From the NCBI RefSeq assembly GCF_009914755.1, contig NC_060947.1: a stretch of DNA of 64,000 nt. One strand, 5' to 3'. Origin of the DNA: the human T2T-CHM13v2.0 reference genome, Homo sapiens. Every line of letters starts with the position of its first letter. Positions within the stretch are counted from its first letter, which is position 1. The position numbers and the translations under genes were made by a program. This document shows positions 54,466 through 64,000 of this stretch, piece by piece. The notes under the pieces are model-generated. The model was not told where the DNA came from. It saw nothing but the letters and a program-made list of their open reading frames with translations, and ran no database searches.

Positions 54466-54809
54466 TAAAGAAAGAAGGGCCAAATAGATGTAGAAGAACA
54501 ACTAACAGTATCTGCTATAGGGATTAACTTAGGACTGATAGGGAAACAAAAGAAAAACAACCCTGCAAAGATAAGAGTTGGTATCCAGCTGATGGACTCA
54601 TCATTATAAAAGTCTGGGAGGAGGAACTGGGATTCCAGAGAGGTTCTCATAGCAGAGATAAATGCCTTTGTTCATCTTGTTGCTTTTGTTCATGTGCTTC
54701 CAGACGGGAAGAATCACCAACACAAACACATGGCAAACAGGAAGAGGATGAAGACCTCTCATCTCTTGGCACCAGGATGAAGGAAATACCCTCAGTCATG
54801 GCCCTGGTT

Positions 54810-54948
54810 ACAAAGATCCTAGGATTCAGCTTCTCCAGAAATCTGAATGCCTTTGGATTAAACATCCTGGGAGTTGGACAAAGATCCTAGGATTCAGCTT
54901 CTCCAGAAATCTGAATGCCTTTGGATTAAATGTCCTGGGAGTTGGACA
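54810..54948. repeat. 68-bp direct tandem duplication (2 copies)
   Basis: 54810-54877 equals 54878-54945 except ca versus tg at one dinucleotide; aca at the junctions. Confidence 0.97.
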
Positions 54949-55104
54949 TGGCTGTGTGGTAATATAACTTCTAGTCTCCTCTTTGAGCTTACCACTGAGC
55001 ACTGAGCTCATGGGGCAATTCTCCTGTCTTTGTTCCTTCAACTCCTTCTTTACTCAAATTCATGCTTTCCAATTTTGTCCTTTGACAGCATGGATGGACT
55101 AAAG

Positions 55105-55285
55105 TTGTGGAATGTTCTGGGGCTAGTGGAGGCTAGATTCAAATCCTGGCTCTGCTCCTTTCTTCTTGTGTGTGCGATCTTGGACAAGATACCTAACGCC
55201 TGTGAGCCTTAGTTTCTAGTTCTATAAAAAGAGTACAAATAACAGTTCCTCCATCGCAAAGTTGTCATGTGAATTAAATGTATTC
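55105..55285 (+). mobile_element. MIR
   Basis: agattcaaatcctggctctgc...tgtgtgcgatcttggacaag...tgtgagccttagtttc...gaattaaatg. Confidence 0.7.
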
Positions 55286-55349
55286 AAAGCCAAAAAAGAA
55301 AAAAATAAAGAATGTAAACATCAAACAGGAACCTTTATTCAATCAAAAT

Positions 55350-56520
55350 GTAATATAAAGGATTAGATTCATTTTTCTGTCTAAAACAACTGAAAAACTA
55401 ACAAAATAAGTAAAACAGAGACAATGAAAGGCATTGATCATCAGGTACTGAAAGACAGTGGTTTCTACAAATGTAGTGAGCTCTGTGATTGCCCCAGTCT
55501 AGTGCTTTACAGGGAAGTACAGGGAAGGGGAACACAATCAGAATCCAATACATACCCTGAGTTGAGGAGACAAAGAATGAGTCCAGGAAAACCAAGACAG
55601 CTAGAGTTTGCAATGCAGAGTGCTGGTGAGGAGAAAGATAAAAGGATGATAGGGAACAGTACTCAGTTCTTGCAGAGTCAGTTATTTTGCCTATTTCTAC
55701 CAGCTAGAGTAAAAAGGCACATAAGTCATGGCACATTGATTACAATACTAAGAGTTGACTCACCTAGTACTTGGAAAAAAAGAAAAAACATAATCCCAGA
55801 CTAAATTACACTTCTAGTTCTGCCTAATTAAGCTTAAAAACAAGACCCCAAAAGATCAAAATGTGTCTAATTCATTTAATTATATTCCAGACCAAAGCTC
55901 AATAATATTTTTTAAAATACAAAAATATACATCATTAAAAAGAAATATTAACAATGTCTGACATGTAATAAAAATTACCAGATATGAAAAGAAATACAAA
56001 GATATAACCCATAATTAGGATAAAACACAATCAATTCCACACCAGAAATGACTCAGATGATAAAACTAGCAGATAAGAATATTCAGTTAACAAGACTATT
56101 CTGTATCTTCAAGAAGTTATAGGAAAGGCTGCATATGTTAAGTAGAGAAATAGAAGAAACATGTTTTAAAAGGGCCCTATTTGACCTGCTAATGATAAAA
56201 ACTACAATGTCTGAAATGATTAAAATGTGCTGCATGGGGTTGAATGTATATTAATATTTGGAAGAAAATATCAGTTAACCTGAAGACATAGCAATAGAAA
56301 CCATTAAAAATAAAAGAGATTAAAAGATGGAAAAATTAACACAATATCAATGAGCTGTGACATAGTTTTAAGCAGCCGAATAAATGTGCAAATGGAGTCC
56401 ATAAAAGAAGTAGGGCAGAAAAATTGCTTGGTGAATTAATGGTTAAAATGCTGCAAATTTTATGCAAATTCTACTCTCAGAGATCAAAGAATCTCAACAA
56501 ACTCTAAACAAAAATAACAA
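55350..56520 (+). mobile_element. Old L1M 5'/ORF1 remnant
   Basis: A-rich ORF1-like sequence: gaaatgactcagatgataaaactagcagataag; tcagttaacctgaagacatagcaatagaaac; cagagatcaaagaatctcaacaaac. Confidence 0.6.
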
Positions 56521-56524
56521 CTCT

Positions 56525-57473
56525 GGCCAAGATGGCTAGATTAGAAGCAGCTACAGTCCATGGCTCTCACGAAGAGGAAAGAAAACAGCAAGTGAATTCT
56601 GCACCTTCAACTGAAGTATCCAGGCTCTTGCATTGGGACTGATTAATTGGACAGCTTGACCCATGGAGAATGAGGAAAAGCTGAGCGGGGCGATGGCCCA
56701 CCTGGGAGTGGCACAGAGCCAGGGGAGCTCCCATCCCCAGCGAAAGGAGGTGGTGAGTAATTGTGTGACCCCACCTGGGAAACCACACTTAGCACACGGA
56801 TCTTTGCAACATGCAGGTAAGGAGATCCCCTCGTGAGCCCACACCATCAGGGTCTTGGATCCGAAGACAGAGCTGTGCAGTCTCAGCAGAGCAGCCACTT
56901 GGGCACCCACAGAGATCCGGGAATTGGTTTGCATACTTTGGCCCTAAGAATTCTGTCAAGGTGGCAGATCCATCTGTGCATTCCCCTAGGAAGGGGGCTA
57001 AATCTCAGGAGCCTAGTGGTGTCATTCTATGGGTGCCATTCTCATAGCATCTAGCAAAGTTAAGACTCACTGGCTTGGAATTCCAGCCAGCCAGTGACAG
57101 CAGCTGGAGACTGCCTGAGATGGACCAAGTTCCCAGAAGGAGGGGTGGCCACCATCTCTGTGGTTTGAGTCGGCCGTTCTAGTCCGCCAGCTCTGGGGAG
57201 TCCAGGTGGTCCAGACTGGGAGGAGTTCCCCACAATGCAACCAGATCATGGCCAGGCTGCTTCTTTAAGTGGGACCCTGATTCATTCCTTCTCATTGGGC
57301 GAGACCTCCCTGTGGGAATTTCAGCAACACCAGCTAGAGTTATACAACAGAACTCTGATCTCTCCCCTGGATGGAGCCCCTGGAGGGGAGAGGTGGCCGC
57401 CATTTCTGTGGTTCAGCCAACTTAGTCTTTCCATCATGCTGGCTCTGGAGAGTCCAAGTGGTCCGGACTGGAC
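56525..57473 (+). mobile_element. Older L1PA 5'UTR, interrupted by the ERV
   Basis: ggccaagatggc (YY1-type start)...ctgcaccttcaactgaagtatccagg...; GC-rich. Confidence 0.75.
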
Positions 57474-58092
57474 TGGGAAAAGGAAAATGTGCTCAGTCTG
57501 CAGGTTGTCTTGGTGAACGTGTAACTCAGCTTGGTCCAGGACCACGATCAGGGACCAATCAGGAGCTGAAATGATAAATCACAGAGGCTGCTCAGCTTGG
57601 CCCAGGACCTATTAGAAGCTGAAGTGAAAGTTTGGCCCAAGACCAATCAGGCGCTGAAGTGATGATTCATAGAAGCCGGACTTATAGTCCTAAGAAAGGA
57701 AAGGAAAGTGCCCATCGGAACCCACTGGAGCCCACCGTGCCCATGCCCACAAAAGGAGAAAAAACTTTTTTCGGGAGGCCACTGACTATACAAAGGATAA
57801 AGGCATTTTCTATGCCAGGCCTTGTTCCCTTATCTGAGTGAGCTGGAGGTTTGTGCAAGTTTTTATCCAAATGGGCCAGAATGGCCCAAGGTTTTTTGTA
57901 TCTGTGCAGCTGTGGGCATGTCTCCAGGCACAACATCCTGTTCTAGTTCCCTTATCTGTGCCTGCAGCTTGAATTTTTTTTCCCAGACTGCTTTTTATGT
58001 TATGTGGGGAAGAGGCACTGACCCATGGGCTCGGGGCTCTTTGGGACTCTTCCCTTGTTATCCACCTAAGGCAAGCTACCTAACTCCTTTCA
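57474..58092 (-). mobile_element. 3' LTR of an ERV1-class provirus
   Basis: Minus strand begins TGAAAGGAGTTAGG right after the polypurine tract gagtggggggaaa (58093-58105) and ends in CA; about 620 bp; exact LTR family not determined. Confidence 0.75.
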
Positions 58093-58775
58093 TTTCCCCC
58101 CCACTCAGGAGTGGAGACCTTAACTTCTATTAGGGAGATTCGGCATTGATCTTTCTGGCTACTTCCTGCTGGAAAGGGGAGTTGTGTAGGGAACAGCAGC
58201 TAGGATTGTTTTTGAGGTTGGTTTAAGGGTCCTCAGAAGAAAGGTGCATTCACGCATGGTTCCATTTGCATCACCATTTGGAGCTTGATAGCCTCTATGT
58301 GAAAAGAAACAATTTGGGTTATTAGAGGACATGTATTAAAATAAGACAAGGGGGGTAAGGACAGCTTAAAAATCTTGAAGCTGCTGATACATTTCGATAA
58401 CTAGTGGCTACAGTTATGCTTGCTAAGATCTGGGTGCATGGGACTTAGCTTTGGTCAGATTTCTTAATTTTATCCTTCCAAAGAGACTTTTGGGTTATGG
58501 GCACTCGATTTATTCCTATTACCCAGCAGGATCTGCAGGATAATTGCTTAGACTAGAATATTGATCCAGATTTTTACATTACACATCTCTTTCTGTCTCC
58601 TCTGAGCCATAGCTGGAGATTGCTGGTTGGCTCACAGGAAGAAGCATGGTTATTTTAAAATGTAAGCAAAAAGTTAAAAATAACTGATGACACTGGAAGT
58701 TAATGATAGACGTATAAGTTTTAAAACACAATTTTCTCTCTCTCCAGTCCTCATTTTTGTTAAAAACAACTTATT

Positions 58776-59054
58776 GGCCGGACGCAGTGGCTCATGCCTG
58801 TAGTCCTAGCACTTTGGGAGGCCAAGGCGGGTGGATCACGAGGTCAGGAGATCGAGACCATCCTGGCTAAAATGGTGAAACCCCGTCTCCACTGAAAATA
58901 CAAAAAAATTAGCCAGGCATGGTGGCGGGCGCCTGTAGTCCCAGCTACTCAGGAGGCTGAGGCAGGAGAACGGTGTGAACATGGGAGGCGGAGCTTGCAG
59001 TGAGCCGAGATCTCGCCACTGCACTCTAGCCTGGGCAACAGCGAGACTGTGTCT

Positions 59055-59085
<31 letters not shown>
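58776..59085 (+). mobile_element. AluY inserted in the ERV
   Basis: ggatcacgaggtcaggagatcgagacc...ggcggagcttgcagtgag; pure A tract; TSD aaaaacaacttat at a tt/aaaa site. Confidence 0.93.
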
Positions 59086-59091
<6 letters not shown>

Positions 59092-60426
59092 AACTTATGA
59101 TAGAACTGTATAGACAGGTATGAGGCCAGTTTTCTCAAGGGGGTTCTACTGGCTCTGCAAGTCGAGGTTAATTGCTTAAAGGGAAATACACCTTTCTAGT
59201 CAAAGCCTTGGAAAAACAACCAGTTTTTCCAATTGTGTTTTGTTGCAAAAGAAAATGGATTCTTGTTGCACTGATGCAAACAACTATATTGTTTAATTCA
59301 AGAGTACTCATAACTGGTTTCCAAATTATAGAAGAACTAGGCAGAGGAAAACAAACATGTTCCAAATCTTGATCACAGGAGTATAACTTGCCTAGTCGTT
59401 AAAATCTTTTAAGAGTCTCCTTGACTCTGAAAAATAAAATAAGGATCAGCAGTGTTCCAAGCAAAAGTCAAAAACTTGCTTCTGTCTTTTATTAGTTTAG
59501 TCCATTTCATGAACATTTGTTTTGCTTGATATTCATAAACATTTTAGCTTTTCATGAGTTCTGTACATTTTTCTGTTATGAGAAACCTGCATTTGAGAGA
59601 ACCTGTTAAAATCCCACAGTTAGATTATAAACCATCTTTTGAAGAGAATTAAAACAAGACAATGATTGTCTCTAAATGACAAAATGCCCAATTTGGATAT
59701 AGTCAGAAACACAATTGACAAAGAAATTTGGTTATTTTTGTGGTTTACAGTAACCCAACATAACAACCTTAATTGTGATTGATAGCACATATTTAGACAT
59801 TAGAGCCTTAGACATCCCATATGGTTTTGGAGCACAGGTTAATATTAGTGACCAAAATATAACCTGAAGAATATTAGACATAACCTTGGCAATCCCATGC
59901 ACCTAAACATATTAAATAATCTTGTTTACTTCTCTTCCGGATGTTCCAGGGACCCTCTGCAGCACACAAAAGCTAGGCATAAGGTAAGACAACCTTGAAA
60001 CTGAAATTTGATTTTGGGAGAATATGTTGGAGGTTTAAAACACTTGATATCATTAAATAGAATTTTAGATTACCATAAGTCACTTCTTTTGCCAAAATGA
60101 TGACTTAAGAATTTGAAAAAGCAAAAACCTTCATTAGCCCTTATTATTACATGAAAATCCTGCTCAAGAGAGAGAAAGCTAAATTTCACCCTTGCATTAG
60201 TTTACTATTAATGTTAACCTCAATTTTAATGAAACTTTATATACAATTCTATTGAATCTTAACCAGTTTGATCATGAGGTAAGATTTTTCACAAACCTTT
60301 TATAACCCTCTTGAATTTAGTCAATACATTCACACACAGAACTTGTTTTGCAAGATTAATTTTTACAATTTTTTTTTCACAATTTGCTTAAACCTTCTTT
60401 ATTTTATCTAACTTAAGACAATTCTT

Positions 60427-60726
<300 letters not shown>

Positions 60727-61419
60727 AGGACAATTCTTCATCTGTAGGCAAAATGTATATTTCCATGCCTTTTTATAAACTTTTACTATGAACACGTTTT
60801 ACTGTTTTGCATACCTTGGGGGTAAATTTACTTCCAGTAGTTTTAATTACATATTATAATGGTAATTCTTAGCAATTCTTCACTTGATTGTAAAACCTGG
60901 TAAGTTGTTTTAATTATGTGCTAGGTGCAGATAAAGTTTGACTCTTTCCAGCATAGTTAGGGGCATGGATACTTCTATATATCTCCCTTTTATGTTTTCC
61001 CAAGGAGTCCCAGGCCACCAGAAGTTATTCTGGGGCCTTTTATGCACGCACTGAGAGGGGCAACACAGAGTGGAGAAAAGTAATTTAGTTGACTTAGAAA
61101 AAATCCTTTTCCAGAGAAACAAGATTTTGAAGAGAAAAACATACAGGACTTTTGAATATATTCATAGCTTGGATATCCACTCTTAATTAAGCTGAGCACA
61201 CTTTGAAAAAATTCTTTTTCATTAATTAAAACTCTAGAGAAGGTAAACACTGATTCTTATCATTTCTTTTACCGATTTACACCACTATCTGTTCGCAATC
61301 ATGTTCAGGTTCTCTAGTTGACTCTGGGAAAGTGGCTGGGTTCAGGCAAGGGCAGGTTTTTTCTTTTACTGGACTGCAGATCCCTCTAGCAGCAAAGCTT
61401 GATATTTGACGAGGCAATT

Positions 61420-62100
61420 GTTTATTAGCCAGAGACTTCCCTTAAAGGACAGCAGCTCTGCTATACTCTGTGGGGTGCAAACAGTGAAGTTCTTACCCAT
61501 GGTTAACCCACTGGCTGTTGAGCTGGACCTCAAGCCTCAGCCAAAACTCCCAGGACTATTTCCTTCCTTTCTGATACATATAGATTAAATACCTTCCCTA
61601 TGAGAAGACTGAGGGCGGATGCTTTAAGTAGGGCTTGCTTTAGCTGGTTTAAGGCTTTTATGTTTTAGGTTCCCAAGTTAGGGAATGAGTTCTAGATGCT
61701 TAAGCTTCTTTTGTGAGGTGTTGTAAAGAATGAGCTATTTCACTGTACCCAGGTACCCACAGTCTTCAAAATTCAGTAATGCCCAAGAATCCCCTTAACT
61801 GTTAAAATGGACTTAATTATTTCCTCATCTGGTGTTTTGATTCCTTCTGACCAGACTAGACCTAGGTGCTTTACTGAAGTTTGACAAAACTGAGCTTTAG
61901 ATGTTGAGACCCTATATTCCCTTTCAGCTAAGAAATTGAGAGCCTTAGTACCTTCTTGAGACCACCTCAGTTGGGGTACGGAGAACAGTATTATTTAGAT
62001 ATTGCAAAGTTTCAACTTGAGGGTGAGAAAACTTGAAATGTCTTTACACAGAACCTGTTTCAGCAACTTCTTTTTGATATCGGGGGCTTCCTGAGTAATG
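61420..62100 (-). pseudogene. pol: Degenerate retroviral pol (reverse transcriptase) fragment
   Basis: Minus-strand translation QVETLQYLNNTVL (decayed YxDD at 61990-62001) ... LNFLAEREYRVSTSKAQFCQTSVKHLGLV. Confidence 0.75.
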
Positions 62101-63174
62101 AACCTTTTTTTTTTTCTTTTTTATTGAATTGGGAGACAGGAGTGTGTTTCACTGAAGCTCTTCTCTGCCTTTCCAAAAAGGCAGGGGAATCTTCTTCTGG
62201 TTTCTGGTTCAACAAGAACAGTTTAGCGTAATTAAGAGGTTTGGTTCTGGTTCTTTGCGAGCCTTTTAAAATGCAGATCAGAAAGTGTTTCTTTTCCACT
62301 TATCTATGTGATTACTAGGGCTCCAATTAGGGTTTTCAAGGGGCACTGTTTCTCTTTCTGTTGGGAATGGGGATCCTGTCTCTTTTTCACCTTCTTTTAT
62401 TTTAGACTTCTTCCTTTAAGACTTTTAGACTGGCTATAGGAGATATGCTGTTTATCACCTAATGTTTCTGCTGCCTGTAAGGCTGCCTGCTTTTCTGCAA
62501 CAGTTAGGGTTTGGCTTAAAAGTAGCATAGCATCTCTCCATGTTAGATTAAACGCTTGCGTTAAATTTTGAAAAGCCTCTTTATGTTTATCAGAGTCATC
62601 AGAGAACTTGCCTAGGTCCCCCTAAGGTCCTGAAATGAGAAGGGAACTTGAATCCTAGTGACACCATGCCCATCAGGCATTTCTTGGGGGGGCAACAGCA
62701 AAGTTGGCAATTTCTTGAGTGGCACAACCAGAGGAGCTAATGATTTGGCTATTGGGAGCCCCTAAGAAGTGGGTCAGGTAGGGAACCCAGAAGTTGCATT
62801 TTAGGGTTCCCCAATGGTTTGTCTCTCTGACTTTGGGTAATCATCCTTTGTAGGCTTGCTTGACATGGCTGCCAAAAGGGCAGGGTCAACTGTACAATAC
62901 TTACAAAGATTCGAGTTTTCCCAAAAAGCAAAAAAAGCCTGTACATAGGAAACCTTGGAGCACTTGCCCTCCCACTTACAGAAAATATCTAGTTGTTGAA
63001 TAGTATAGAAATCAAGACTTCCCTCAGAAAGCCAGGTTTGTTCATCCCCAAGATGGGAACAAGGCCATGCCCCTGTGCAATAGAATATAAGCCAGAAGTC
63101 TCAGGGTCAAAGGCGTTCCAGTGATTCAAAATGCACTCAAGGGGAGTACTAACTGCAGATGGTTTGTTACTCAT
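62100..63174 (-). pseudogene. gag: Degenerate gamma-type retroviral gag (matrix/capsid), frameshifted
   Basis: MSNKPSAVSTPLECILNHWNAFDPET; GDLGKFSDDSDKHKEAFQNLTQAFNLTWRDAMLLLSQTLTVAEKQAALQAA; QKPEEDSPAFLER (major homology region-like). Confidence 0.85.
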
Positions 63175-63893
63175 CTAGAAGGAGAAAGGGAGACAAGGTG
63201 TCCCTTATTCCTCTTCCTCCCATTTGTGTGACCCAGGGTGGAGAGAAAGAGAGAAAGTGTGTCCCCCTTCTCCTCCTTCCCCCTCTCCTCTGGGTCTCAG
63301 CAACCATCATAAGTGCCTCCCTATGGATACAAGTGTGACCTTTTATCCATGGTCCCAGAAAAGCTAGTCAGTAGGATTTCAAAACCTGTTCAAAACCTTA
63401 CCATTCTGTCCTGCTGGATTCCTAGATCCACCTAGCCCAGAAGGCTCCCACGGTACCCCAGAGGCTTGGGAGAGATTATGTAGTAGTTGGACCTGGGCAA
63501 GAGTTTTAAATGGAGGGAGTGTCCTAACACCATTTCTGGCTTCCCTTGCTATGGCTCCAGCAAAAAATCAAAATCCCATAGAATGGGACTGAATAAATTC
63601 TAAATGTAAAATTCATTTTCTGTTTAAATTCCAATGTAATTGAATGCAAAACAGCTGCCTCAAAGAGTGTAAAAATTGAATGGCTGCCTCTCCTTTGATG
63701 GGGACAGTATTGAAGCTAAAATCTGTCTTATCAAAATGTCTTCCTCCTGACTGTTGAAAGTGGAGTTTTTCTGTCTACAAAGAGGACATGGGGTCTGATC
63801 ACTGATAGAAGACCAAAAATGGAAAAGAATTGGGAGACTGGAAGTCTGGGAGAGAGAACGGACACGGCTCCCTACGGAGAAAAAAATCCCATT

Positions 63894-63907
63894 CCACTAG
63901 GTGGCAC
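63894..63907 (+). promoter_or_regulatory. Candidate CTCF motif in the ERV leader
   Basis: CCACTAGGTGGCAC matches the CCASYAGRKGGCRS consensus. Confidence 0.5.
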
Positions 63908-64000
63908 TGTAGGGTTAGAAATGTTAGGTAAACACTTCAAATTCTTTTCAGGCAAAAATTAGAGAGTTTTGGGGTTTGATAGGCTGTCCCTATAGCATGC

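Noticed and set aside
54647-55041. Repeated peptide FNPKAFRFLEKLNPRIFV in two ORFs
   Set aside because: A by-product of the 68-bp DNA duplication, which is not a multiple of 3
57140-57473. Two similar blocks in the L1 5'UTR
   Set aside because: Diverged internal repeats that are probably intrinsic to older L1PA 5'UTRs rather than a locus-specific event

Overview
Human genomic DNA, inferred from a near-consensus AluYa5. It is AT-rich and dominated by decayed transposable elements: L1M/L1PB/L1PA, Alu, MIR, L2, MaLR/ERVL LTRs, an ERV1-class provirus running off the right edge, and hAT/Tigger fossils. It looks like a gene desert or a deep intron. I found no credible cellular protein-coding exon, tRNA, rRNA or CRISPR; the ORF track is mostly broken L1/ERV/Alu frames and noise. 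I cannot support a new gene system. The most unusual signal is a series of apparent DNA-repair scars containing locally templated, often inverted, sequence. These are a 287-bp inverted copy about 1 kb from its donor (14.4/15.7 kb), a fold-back plus 69-bp inverted local copy inside an MLT2A microsatellite (28.8-29.0 kb), captured tail-less L1 fragments (3.2 and 31.3 kb) and micro-patchwork inserts (16.5, 50.3, 53.6 kb). Also present: a twin-primed L1, a likely L1 3' transduction, a 68-bp tandem duplication, candidate CTCF sites and weak candidate non-coding exons. Repeat subfamily names are recalled by eye, and most boundaries are approximate.
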